A DNA stretch of 63,997 nucleotides, counting the filler, from Dimargaris cristalligena (taxonomy: Eukaryota): assembly GCA_003614675.1 (NCBI GenBank). It is 3 parts of 3 records of this genome, joined end to end, with 100 filler letters (N's around TTAATTAATTAA, not from the genome) between each part and the next. Parts side by side here need not be neighbours in the genome. Positions count along the whole stretch, not along the records: positions 1 to 22,560 come from ML002630.1; positions 22,661 to 45,164 come from ML002631.1; 1 more part is not named here. One strand, given 5' to 3'. Shown piece after piece: positions 12,251-23,510 of the stretch. The position numbers were made by a program, and so were the translations under genes. The notes beneath the pieces were generated by a model. That model had not been told where the DNA came from. It was given only the letters and a program-made list of their open reading frames with translations, and ran no database searches. Positions within the stretch are counted from its first letter, which is position 1, and every line of letters starts with the position of its first letter.

Positions 12251-15078
12251 ATGGAGGACGAGGGGCGGCCACCCACCGACTCCCTTCGTAACCATCCTTC
12301 TTCGAATCAAAATACGACGGAACCGACCACCACGAAGTCCCTAAGGGGGCCACCGGGTACAATCCAAATCCCTTATGTGCACCCCGGACCCTCCGCTGCC
12401 GGACGTTCACCGGGCCTACCTTCATTTTCCGAGGGACTGGCCCGATCTCTGCCGACCCGGTTGCCAAGCCGACCCCCACCCAACCCCCCCGGGCACTCAC
12501 CCACCGACAATATTCCGCGACCGCTCTATTCCCCGTCGTACCTCGCGCCGCCCATGTACGCCCCCCACCATCGCCCCTCACCTGGGTATAGCCCCCATCA
12601 CCACCCCATGCCTTATTCGCCGGGGCCTGTTTCGCCCCTAGGGCCGGGGACAGGTGCCAGCACCAGCGCGAGTGGGAATGAAGCGCGTAGTCGACCCAAA
12701 CTTGGCCCAATGAGTGGCAATTGGGGAGATCCAGCCGCCGCCCATTTATCTAGCCGCCATCCTGCCCGAATGGGAGGAGTGCATCCACCCCCATTGTCCC
12801 CGGCCCGTCCCCACCACCAACATCAACACCAACAACACCACCACTCCCACTCTCACTCCCACCCTCCTCCACCTGCCGCTGTTCTTCTATCTCCGCGCGC
12901 CTTACCACCTCCGTATTCGTCCGCACCGACCACCACTAGCTCGTTGGCGGGAATGGTGGACAAAGGCAAACGGCCAATGGTCGATCAGCCCCTTCCAATT
13001 ACATCACCTGGTGACCGACCACCCCAAACACGTATTAGTATCTCTCGCCAATCATGCCAACATGTAAGTCCTGTTTATTAAATCCTAACTTTGCCCCCAG
13101 CGCCTAAATGAATAATACCGGTTGACTGCAGTCCCACCCGCTCACCGTGTCATTCCCAATACGCTCGCGCTCACTCTCGCTCTCTGTCTTTCGCTCTCCC
13201 CACACCCGTGGGGGTGAATAGGCCGTCTGTTCATTACCCGGGGTCACTTGCAAAGAAAGCCTAGTTTACCGGCATCCATCCATTCACGCACCGCCCATGT
13301 CTGCCCTGGAACTGTAGTCCCAGTGGGAGCCACCCAACCACTGTCATCCCCATGGGGTAGATCATCCGTATTCCCTGTAGACTGGGAAGTGGGTGAACCC
13401 GGGGATTACTCACAGTCTACTTTGTGACGTGGTGTGAGCAGTGTGTTTTCATTTTGGGCGCTGAAGGAAGGTTCTGGGGGGCCAATGATCAGGTAGAGAG
13501 CCTCGGGTATCCCGGGATTGCACTATATTTTAAACCACCCGTGGCTCTTGTGGAGGTGCGAATGGAATGGAATGTAATGGTACAAACGGCCATCCACGCG
13601 GGGATATCCGAACCTGACCGTTGATGGGCTCGGTTGGATAGACTAGAGAACCGCATGTGGATACGCGAGCTATCGAGGGTATTGATGAGATAGATTAGAT
13701 ACCATATCAACTTAAATGACATTCTAAATATATTGGTGTAATGTTGTGGACCATGCATACTGATATAATAGGTATACGAAGCCGCGTCCCAAATTTTGAA
13801 TACCATGCCAAATTTTGATAAATACAATCTTCAACAGGTGAATCAGCAGCTTCAAGATATCTCGTTCATCGTTGCGACCCTCAAGGGCGTACGCGATGGC
13901 GAGCCAGTTCAGGATAGGGATAAGAAGCGCGGACGGGCTCTCATTGGCACTCAAATCTGCCAAGGTTGCGGATGGTAAGTAAAAGAAATACGGTGTAGTA
14001 CAATTGGGATGAAGTAAGCTGTGGTATGTTCTATTGAGGAATGCCGCCGCCCCCCCCTTCCCTCCTTAGGTAACCAACCCGCAGGTATATTAAAATAAGG
14101 CTGTCCATCCCAGTGCTCTAATCTAATCCAACAATTGTGCTTCTACAATTGTAAACCCGTCCCCACTATCGCCATAACTATATTTAATAGCATGGAAACC
14201 CCTGAATGGCGCAAGGGTCCCCAAGGTGAGTATAATGACTTTTGACTACTTTGGCCAATTCCGACAATCATTATAATGCCGCTTATTTGAAAACCTAATG
14301 GCCGAGTAGGTATGCGATACTATTGCTGACATTGAGGGTCCACCCAATTTTGCTTACCTAATTTCGGCCCACTCCATACTACACATGACTAATTCGACTT
14401 CCAATTAGGTCCCCGCACCTTGTGCAACGCCTGTGGACTTGGTAAGTTGCATTGCATATCCTCCACCATACTCCCTGTTATTCACCACTTAAAAATTCCG
14501 ACTTGGATCCGCTCCTCCCATATGGGGGGTAGGTGAGGCAATCCATGACCGACCGGTAAAGACTAACATCTCGACGACGCCTGGATTTCCCAATTTCCCC
14601 ATACTTCCCACTGATACTAGTATTTGCCAAAATGAATCGCGGTACGGCCCAAAAGAAACGGCCCACCCTGCCCAACCTAACGGCAGCGGGTGAATCGGAT
14701 TCGGGCGTGGTAGCCGACATTGGTCCTTATAACTCGTCGGGCGTATCCAGTCCCGTCGAAGGGGTAACCACTCCGCTTAAACTGGCGTTTAATGTACTCG
14801 AGTTACGGTCCCCTAGTAGTCAGCCAACTCCCGTGGTGACTCCGTCGGAGGCGGAGATTGGAGCAACCATTTCCAAAGTGCCGGAAGGGATAGAGGAGGG
14901 GGAAGGCGAGGATGAGGGATTGGGGACGAGAAAGAATAAGAGTGACCGTCGTGAGACCAACTTGACCCTACCGGATGCGGAGAGCGAAACGGGGTCTAAA
15001 GAGAAACCTCCGAATGATAACAACGAGGAAGACGGTGACGACAAGGAAAAATCATCCATATCGTTCCTCCTTTCCTAG
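12251..15078 (+). CDS. GATA-type zinc-finger transcription factor (C-x2-C-x18-C-x2-C); exons 12251-13063, 13772-13974, 14191-14225, 14409-14441, 14621-15078
   Basis: Spliced finger ICQGCGC|METPEWRKGPQG|PRTLCNACGL|VFAKMNR; Pro/His-rich N-terminus; GT-AG introns in phase. The acceptor at 12210 suggests a 5'-UTR intron. Confidence 0.88.
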
Positions 15079-16476
15079 GGTCACCGTCGCTGTAGAGTTG
15101 GCCTTCCAAGGCTCCAAAGGTCGTGTATTGCGCCAAGCGCCCATTTAAATTGGCTTATATCGTCTAACCACCTATCCCATCCCATTGCCTCTCCAAATTT
15201 AATTAATCATACCTACACCACACACCTTGTTAAAGGCATGTATGCCATTATTGATCAGTCAGTCCACTGTACTTTAATTATCCAGCCCCATGCAATCCAC
15301 GCTCTCCGCGCGCGTTTGATGTTACTACGTTCATTGAAATTTACCATGTTACAACCACTTAATACTAATTTCTGGTCAGCAAAGGGACATAGTGGCTTGT
15401 ACGGGACACTAGTCTCGCTATATATTTACAGGACACCCAGTATGTCCCCTTTATGACTAAAATGCATTCCCCCCTTAATACAAAGGCCTTTTACTTATTG
15501 AGCAAATCTGGTGAATTTGGTGGTGAGAGTGTACATTGGACAGGTACCAATGGATGGAGGAATACTAAAGTCCCACTGGCTAATGAATTGTTTAGCCGTA
15601 GCGAAAGGCTCAGGCATGGCATTGTTCATTTCGGGAAAGGGAAAGTAATACGTCTGCCAAATGAAAGTACTTTACGCGTCGAGAAAGGAGCGCGTCTGGA
15701 GGAGAATAACATTTGGATGAATAAAGAGGCGTTGGAACGCGTCTTCACAAGCGCGGTGGGACTTTCCGTTGGCCTGACTGAGGGAAAATGAAAAATGGTT
15801 GTGCAGGATTTGGGCTGTGGGATATCATTGATTACTTTGGATATGGTGGACTACTCTCCAGGCTAAATAGAGGTCGCTTGGGGAGTCAAGGAATGGCCGG
15901 GCGTGCTGTACAGGAGGGCCTGGCAACCTCGATTACGACTGAACCAGGGCAACAAGGTAGTGCTGGTAAAATACATATATATATATATTAGTAATGGAGT
16001 TACCAGCCAAGCGGTAAATGTCAATGTAAAGGCTGCAGTACCGATAAATTGAAGTGGCCTTTACAAGAAGGAATATTATTTCGGCTAGAGTGGTAGACCG
16101 GCCTTATTCACTCACTGGCAGGTGGAATTGATACGCTGTGACCCCTCAAGTGAATCGGGGTCTCGGGGCCGGCCCCTGCCCGGTATAGGCGGGGTATATA
16201 AGTCGGGCCGGGCCGCCGGCCTCCTTTCCAACCCTGGTCCGGTTCTTCTTCTACCTGTTCTCTTTTGCTGATTAATCTATTTTTATTATCACTTCGACGA
16301 TTTACTTGCTCCCCTGTATTTGCCCCTTGCCTTGCAGCTCTAGAGTCCTCCTCCCCTTTGCAACCACCTTACAAACCCCTTCCATTTGGCCATTTCTTTA
16401 GTTCTATCCTTTTCTTAGCCACACTTTGTTGGTGGATTATTATTGTTATTATTCCTATTTTTATTATCTGCCCACC

Positions 16477-18381
16477 ATGGAGTCGAGTAGTTCTTCGTCA
16501 CCCACGCTTCCCTCCTACCCGCCCTCGTCCCCCGAGCACCCCCACTTACCTGCGTATCTGTCTCCTACCCGGGACATTCCCGAGCTTAGCATCCGGGATT
16601 CCCCCCGCGGAGACACGCAGTCGTCCGGCGCCCAGGGCCCGGCTCCCATGGACCAGGACTCTCCCACTGAAACCACCCGCCATTTTATTCGCTCCCAATC
16701 GACCTGCATGCCGGCTCATACCCAGCCCATTCGACCCCTGGGTCGCGCAGCCAGCTTTCGAGTGGCCCCGGTAGGCCATTTGTCCGAGGAGGATTACGAG
16801 GAGCTTTTTTACTCAGCCACCGCCTCGTCGTCCCATGGCAAATACCCACTGTTACGTAAGGCCAATTCCTGTGAAGAGCCCCCTCAGCAGACTCCTGCGC
16901 CCGCCGTCTTGTACGACACTCCCGTTGGACCTAAGGCCAGCTCTACCTCCAGCGACCAGCGCCTCCATCCCTTTACCTCACAGTTCGACTCGAACGGGCC
17001 TTTCGGTCAGGTCCCACCCGTTCCCATGGGTTGGCCCACTCCGCAATCACCAACCCACTCCAGGTCCAGTCCCTATAGTGGCGCTCTTCCTCATACCCCC
17101 AGTCCCGCCTACCACACCGGCCCCTTACAGGGCTTTGCTGCCGGGGAACAGGCACCGTCCGCCCTACTGTCTCCGTTGGGGAGCGGTTTCTCGTCGGTCA
17201 CACCTCTGCACACTCTTTCGCATAATTATTCGGGCTGCGCCATGCAGGTAGACGAGGCCGCCCCGGTTGGTAACGGTTGGTCCCTCGCCCACTCTCCCCT
17301 GGGACGTCGTAGCCAGTCCTTCTACCCATCCCCGACCAGTGTCCACCGTCCGGACAAGCGGCCCTGGGCCTCTACGGCACCCCTGAAACGCAAATTGCTA
17401 TTCGACGACTGCGGGTTAGATCAGGGACTCACGCAGGCCCGCCGGGAAGCCACCAGCCAGGCTGTCCGGATTATCCGCAAGACCATTGACGAGGGGACCC
17501 AAACCACAGTCAACCTTAGTGATATGGATCTCGTAGCCGTGCCCGAGGAAGTCGCCGAGTTGCAACATTTAGTCGCCATGTGCCCCAACGCCACCTTTCG
17601 CACCGACCTTATCCTCTATCTCAACCAGAATGCGCTTACCTATCTGCCCTCGGCCCTGTTCAGTCTGACCAATGTCACCGTTCTTATATTGTCCAACAAC
17701 CACTTGAAGGTGATTCCGCCGGCCATCGGTCGCTTGGTGAACCTGAAGGAGCTCTCGTTGGGTAAAAACGAGCTCCAGTTTTTACCTTCAGAAGTACTGG
17801 CCCTGCCCCAGCTTAATATTCTGAATATCCATCCGAATCCCCTGGTGCCTCCCCCAAGACCGGGGCATGGATTGTCTGTTCAACAGCGGGGGTCCTTGTT
17901 ACAACTAGTCTTACCCGCCGATATGCAATCGGCCCATTCTGATATTGCCGATAGTGAGGCCGGTCACCCGTTTCCCCCTCCGCAGTCGCCTTTCCGGGAA
18001 CAGTTACTTATCTTCCACGGGTTCCCCACCCTAGTGGAATCAAGCGCGCGGGTAATTGCCCAAAATTCCCGAATCGTCTTTTCGACTGGTGTCGCCACCC
18101 CGGTCCAGACCGAACGACCCGACCCCGACTCCAAACGCCGCCGGGGCACGCAGCCTCTGGTCCCAACCAAACAAATGTTACCGTCCTATTTGCGCGAAGC
18201 CCTCGACGCAGCGTCCAGTAATCACTGCTCGGTGTGCCGCGGCTCGTTTGCGACGCCCTACCTCGAAGAGCTGGTGTGGGCGCCAGTCTGTGAACAAGAT
18301 GGCATTCCCGTGCTTATGCGGGTCTGTTCGCCTGCCTGTCGCTACACTGACAAGTGGTCTCAGTATTTACAGCAAATCTAA
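16477..18381 (+). CDS. Leucine-rich-repeat protein with a disordered S/P-rich N-terminus and an LRRC58/LRRC69-like BC-box plus Cys-rich C-terminus
   Basis: LRRs LYLNQNALTYLP, LILSNNHLKVIPPAIGRLVNLKELSLGKNELQFLP, LNIHPNP; tail PTLVESSARVI...LPSYLREAL...CSVC...VC...IPVLMRVCSPAC; ATG in CCACCATGG context. Confidence 0.85.
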   Translation: MESSSSSSPTLPSYPPSSPEHPHLPAYLSPTRDIPELSIRDSPRGDTQSSGAQGPAPMDQDSPTETTRHFIRSQSTCMPAHTQPIRPLGRAASFRVAPVGHLSEEDYEELFYSATASSSHGKYPLLRKANSCEEPPQQTPAPAVLYDTPVGPKASSTSSDQRLHPFTSQFDSNGPFGQVPPVPMGWPTPQSPTHSRSSPYSGALPHTPSPAYHTGPLQGFAAGEQAPSALLSPLGSGFSSVTPLHTLSHNYSGCAMQVDEAAPVGNGWSLAHSPLGRRSQSFYPSPTSVHRPDKRPWASTAPLKRKLLFDDCGLDQGLTQARREATSQAVRIIRKTIDEGTQTTVNLSDMDLVAVPEEVAELQHLVAMCPNATFRTDLILYLNQNALTYLPSALFSLTNVTVLILSNNHLKVIPPAIGRLVNLKELSLGKNELQFLPSEVLALPQLNILNIHPNPLVPPPRPGHGLSVQQRGSLLQLVLPADMQSAHSDIADSEAGHPFPPPQSPFREQLLIFHGFPTLVESSARVIAQNSRIVFSTGVATPVQTERPDPDSKRRRGTQPLVPTKQMLPSYLREALDAASSNHCSVCRGSFATPYLEELVWAPVCEQDGIPVLMRVCSPACRYTDKWSQYLQQI

Positions 18382-18866
18382 TTAGTTATTTTATTATATT
18401 TCTACTTCTGCATTCCCATTAACTACTATTTTAATTCAACCACCGGTATTTTTATTTTTAAAAGATGTAATAAGCCTTTGCCACTCCTCCTGTCATTGGA
18501 GTAGTGCTGTACTGCTAATAAAGCCATTGTATTTGTATACTCCCAGACTTTTGATTTAGTCGGTGCTGTGTGTCCGTTTGTGAAGCTGCATTCGGAACTG
18601 ACCAATTTTTGCGGAAAACATTCTTACACCGCCACCAACTGAATGACGCTAGCCAGTATTCACTCTATGCGAACAGCCCAATGCTGTATACGGAGACGCC
18701 ACCATTAACTAGGCATACTTAATAGTGGGCTGCTTTTTTCTCTACACTCCACTCCTCAGGCCGGGTTATTTTATGACGACAAGAGTTTCCCAGGCGAATT
18801 CCACCATTACACGTTCCCATTTCCCCTCATTCTCCATTTCTCTATATTTTCCCCACTTGTTCCACT

Positions 18867-19528
18867 ATGCCTGTAAATCGCCCCTCGTATCTTTCTGAAT
18901 CCATCTATAACGTTCTTCGGGATAACCAGACCCGGCGGCGAAAGTCCACTGGGAATGGCGAGGCCCTGGATACGGTCGACTCCGACCTGGAATCCTCCTC
19001 ATCCTCTTCCGACGCCGGTTCACCCCGGATCTCACCCGTCTATGCCTTAGCCCTCGATGGAAGCGACGCTGCGAGTGAGGCCGGTCACCGCTCCGAGGAG
19101 GAGTACGAATACGACCTCGAGGCCGAGCTGCACGAAATCCTCGAGCAAATCAAGTTCATGGTGGGCGGCGTTCTGGTACCCCTGGCGGGGCGCTGGGTCG
19201 GTCGGCGGTTTTCTCACTGGAGTAAGTTTGAAGGTGTTTTTGGTCTAAGCTCGGGACTGGTTGACTGACTAATTGAGACTGTCTATGGCCCTTCCTTACC
19301 GCGCTTTTTAAGCAAGGCTGCGGTTTAAATCATAGAGTCTTGGCTTGATGATGACGGTGTCCATCTGATGTGATGGCCAAATCAGTGTAGTTTTACTTCG
19401 TCCTCTTGCCCAACTAATCTATTCCTATGCCCGTGCCTTACACCTATATTACACTGTATTACAATGTCATTTTAGTCTGGGGAAAAGCGATACAATATTA
19501 TTACCGACCCGCAATCATAGCCGCCTGA
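18867..19528 (+). CDS. Mitochondrial outer-membrane import factor Mim2-like; exons 18867-19221, 19476-19528
   Basis: Acidic N-terminus followed by EILEQIKFMVGGVLVPLAGRWVGRRFSHW|IWGK, matching my recollection of the Mim2 pattern (E.L.Q...VL.P..G++.GRR.A.W). The GT-AG intron is in phase. Confidence 0.7.
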
Positions 19529-22047
19529 ACCCTTAGTCCAATTTCGGGATTATTCGATTTTCGATTGGTGTTTTATATCCATTCAACCTTATGTGTACAT
19601 CACCTCTACGCAGACTTGCTCTAATCAATGGCGCATTGTCTACCTAGTCTTTTAGTTTTACAAATTCGTATTCGAGTACATAAATGTCAACCTCGAGCTG
19701 TACTACTTGGGCTTCGCCATCCTGCAATTGTTAGTCTAAATTATCACGACCAATTCAAGCATGACTGTGCCCAAGGTTGCCATCCAGTCTACTTGTGAAT
19801 TTAGTACATGCTTATCTCCGCATCAAATCGAAATCTGGCTTCCGGAGTGTAGCGAATATGCTAGTGGAGCCGATGGAGGGCTTAACTCTAACTGTGTAGT
19901 ACCAAATCACATGAGGCATTATTAACGGTGCGAGTGGCTTATGTGGCCACTTTCGTGGGATGAGCGGTAGGTAATTAAATAATGACAGGCCGTTGTTGAC
20001 ATTCGCACTTTTGGGACGAATATACAGTTAGCCTATTATGAAAACGTTCGGGGAGTACTCGGTGTGCTCAAACGAACATGGCAAATAGCCCTGACTGCAA
20101 ATAGATTTGCCATATGGCCGGTTATGAGATATCGATATATCTAGAGGCCTGGTGAATTATTGCTGGATGTATATTATTACATCTTTGCGATTGGTCTAAA
20201 GCTGTTCCTTTTTGAGGTCAATACAGGGCGGATTGGCTGTTGGAGCCAGCTATGGATAGCTTCGATACTACTGTCAAAGTCTCGATTGGGGGTGTATTCC
20301 CTGGACGAATCTAATTGTCCTTACCAGCTGGGAATTGTTTGGCGTAATTTCGGTGGTATATCTGACCATAGTCTCCTTCTCAGAGATATGCTGTGAAACT
20401 GGAGCACCTGTGGAGCCGCGGAGTTGATGGGGCATGGGCGTAGTGTATCGCACCCCCCCCTTACGAAAATCAATCTTTTCGCTTCGGTTAATAATGCTGG
20501 CCACTCAAACGATTGCCCCAGAGGGACGGAAAGTATTGGTATGTATTCTTAAACAACAAAGATACGTCTTGGTAAATGTAGCCATTTAATAAAGCCTTTG
20601 ATTCATGCCTCAAGATCGGATTGCCACCATTCTAATTGAGGGGTTGATCCAACAGAGAATATGGCACCGGAATATCCACGCCATACTCTAAGCTCTGATT
20701 TTCGCCCGTGTCGCCTTATAGCTAGGCTTGCAGCAACGACTTCTCCATAATAATGCTTTTTAATACTTATCCACAACCCCCTAAGCCATACCGACGCAGT
20801 TAGCCGTACAACCCATTCTTAGGCGATACGATTAATTACTAGAGCGTCGTTAGTGCAGCTTTTATATCGTTCAAGGGCCATTAAGTAGGCCAGCCGCCTT
20901 CCTTGTAAATCCCGACCAGCCAATGCCCTCCGTCTCCACCAGTACCCGATCTAGATGATGAACATGGTGGGCTTTGTTTATTTCTTCGATTTTGTTCTTT
21001 CCTTTACCTTGGTCTTGGTCCAACGCGCATCCTTTTACGAGGCCAGTTTAGTGGGGTATACGAGAGGGGAGGGGGTAAGTCTGGCTAGTGAACATCGCAA
21101 TCCATGATGGTACGGAGACACATTAATGTAGAGCGGTAGATGGGTTTTAAGGTGACCATCATCGTGCCACTACTGGGCTACACTTAAGGGTTAGCGCCAT
21201 TACGTAACATCCATTTGCCCCGAGCGAATAGGGCGCTAGTCTGGGTCTGTTGGTGGGCGCTAGGGGGTGTTCGTCGTAGGGGGAAATTTCAGAGATACCA
21301 GTTGTTCACTTTACTCATAAAGGTGCAAACGCTGCTCCAACGTATCAGGACAATACAATTATACCCCAATGCAGTCTCAGCGATACGGTTGCAATGAAAA
21401 AGGCAAAGGAGGCCAGAAACGACCCCACCTGACCAAGGTACGCCGTCGTATGGTGGTCGGATGAGTAGAGAGAGAGGGTTGTGCAACGGTGGCCGTACGG
21501 TCCAAGTAAACGGGTGGGGCGAAAAAAGAGCGGCCAAAGGAACCTTACAAGGGTCATACAAGGCCAGTTACACGGCTTTGGCAGTGTGTGCCTATGAGAG
21601 GCTTAACGAAAAAGGGGGCACTTAGAGTGAGGGCAAAGACGGGAGAGGAGGAGGGGGTTGATGAATGCGCTAATGTGTGTGTGTATGCCTTGCTCTGTGT
21701 ATATGCACCCTTTCCTTCATATAGCCCACCCCGCGCTCCTTCTCCACCTGCCCCATACGCCCCCCTCCGGTTCTTGGCAGCCTTTCCCCTTCTCTTTTCT
21801 TCCTCCTTCTGTTCTTATGTCCATGGCATGAACTGCCTTCTTCTAGACACAACTACCCTGCATTCCTTTCTCTTTTGTTCCCTTCTAAAACCTCTCTCTT
21901 ATCGGTTTCCGGTTTCTCCTGCAGTCCGCCTCTCTTAAACCCCTTCGTTTTGGTCTTGGACCAGGGTGTCCCCCTCCCACTCTCCCTTCATTTACCCTTT
22001 TCCTAATCCTTACCCCCAGTCCCACTGGTTGCGCAGTACCCTCACCC

Positions 22048-22518
22048 ATGCCTTCGCTTCCCCTGTACAAGACGTCCCCCAATGGGGCCAAGTCGTCCCT
22101 CTTCCGTTCGGAGGAGATGACCCTAATCCAGCTGTACATCCCCGCCGAAATCGCTAAGCCCACCGTCTCTGAGCTCGGCGAACTCGGCGCCGTGGAATTC
22201 CGGGATGTAAGTCGCCCTTCTAACCTAGTAGAGCCGTGTCCTTATAATCGCGTCTTGTTGCCACACCAAACTGGGGTACCTCTTCCCATGGCTTGGCCAC
22301 TTACTCGCATGAGCTCCGCTTCTTAGGCTCCACTATCTCTAAAGTATAGCGTCACCCCTAACCCACCGTCTAACCTACCCACCCTCCGCTGCTTTTGCAT
22401 GGATTGTACTTCATATGGCCACCATCACCGTCATTTTAGCTTAACCCCGGAACCGCCGCTTTCCAGCGGACTTTCGTCAACGAAATCAAGCGCCTTGACG
22501 AAATGGAACGTCGACTCC
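22048..22518 (+). CDS. VPH1: V-ATPase V0 subunit a, 5' fragment only (exons 22048-22206, 22440-22518); truncated by the contig end
   Basis: SLFRSEEMTLIQLYIP...VSELGELGAVEFRD|LNPGTAAFQRTFVNEIKRLDEMERRLR. Confidence 0.93.
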
Positions 22519-22560
22519 GTAAGTGATATTTTTAAAATTCTTCTTTTATGATCAACCCTC

Positions 22561-22660
22561 NNNNNNNNNNNNNNNNNNNNNNNNNNNNNNNNNNNNNNNN
22601 NNNNTTAATTAATTAANNNNNNNNNNNNNNNNNNNNNNNNNNNNNNNNNNNNNNNNNNNN
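22561..22660. other. Artificial contig linker N44-TTAATTAATTAA-N44
   Basis: N runs around a 12-mer with stops in all six frames; an identical copy occurs at 45165-45264. Confidence 0.97.
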
Positions 22661-23004
22661 AGCACTAGCACCAGTTCGAGTGGGCGGCATAGTGGGCCGG
22701 TCGTCGCGGTCGTACGGTAGCAACGTGGTCGAAATCGCCAGGGCCGAGTTCGAAATTCGAATGAGATCTCAGATCTGAGATGCGAATTTCGAAATGTTCA
22801 CAGAATCGGCGGAATGTTCAATAGATCGTCGGGGTGTCCACGTAATCGTCGTTCTGGTGGACGGGTCGGACAGTCGGGGCGTCGTTTCGGGCAGTCTTGC
22901 GGGTGCCCGAAGGGTCGAAATCGATGGATGGATTGTCGTGAACGGTTCGAAAACGAGTAGCCAAAAATTTGGGTACATAAAAATGAAGCAAATAAAAACA
23001 AGAT

Positions 23005-23088
23005 CCGAGAATAGCTCAGTTGGTAGAGCGGGAGACTGTAGTTAAACATGATATCTCTAGGTCCCTGGTTCAAATCCGGGTTCTCGGA
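23005..23088 (+). tRNA. tRNA-Tyr(GTA) with an 11-nt intron (23042-23052)
   Basis: Acceptor stem CCGAGAA/TTCTCGG (C1:G72, A73), D arm GCTC/GAGC, anticodon stem GGAGA/TCTCT with GTA, intron after position 37, T arm CCTGG-TTCAAAT-CCGGG, followed by a T-run Pol III terminator. Confidence 0.97.
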
Positions 23089-23364
23089 TATTTTTTTTTC
23101 TATTCCATTTTAATAATGGCCTAGTTGGATATTTAATTTATATGGGTCAAGTTTGGTGCAGTTGTATAGGGTTTTGAATAATATGTGTATGGGATAGTCA
23201 TGTTTAATGTACTACCAAGGGTCAGGATAATTTCCCTTTCCATCAGACTAACTAGTCACTATACTCCATTCATGATGCCTGCATACCCCAGATCCATAGT
23301 TATGCCTTTGCTGTGAACAGTACTCACACTGGGATGAGTGAGCAATGTTGAAGTCTTCCATATT

Positions 23365-23510
23365 CCACCTTCAAGAATGCCCCGGTAGATCTGAGGCAAT
23401 TTTGTCTTCCATTTTCCCATATCCTTTTCTTCTATATCCCACCTTCAAGAATACCCCGGCAGATCTAGGGCAATCTTGTCTTCCATTTTCCCATATATTT
23501 TCTTTTCTCT
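23365..23510. repeat. Diverged tandem duplication, unit about 74 bp, 2 copies
   Basis: CCACCTTCAAGAAT(G/A)CCCCGG(T/C)AGATCT..GGCAAT.TTGTCTTCCATTTTCCCATAT starts at both 23365 and 23439. Confidence 0.85.

Noticed and set aside
22605..22616. TTAATTAATTAA repeated twice in the window
   Set aside because: Synthetic linker, not a biological repeat.
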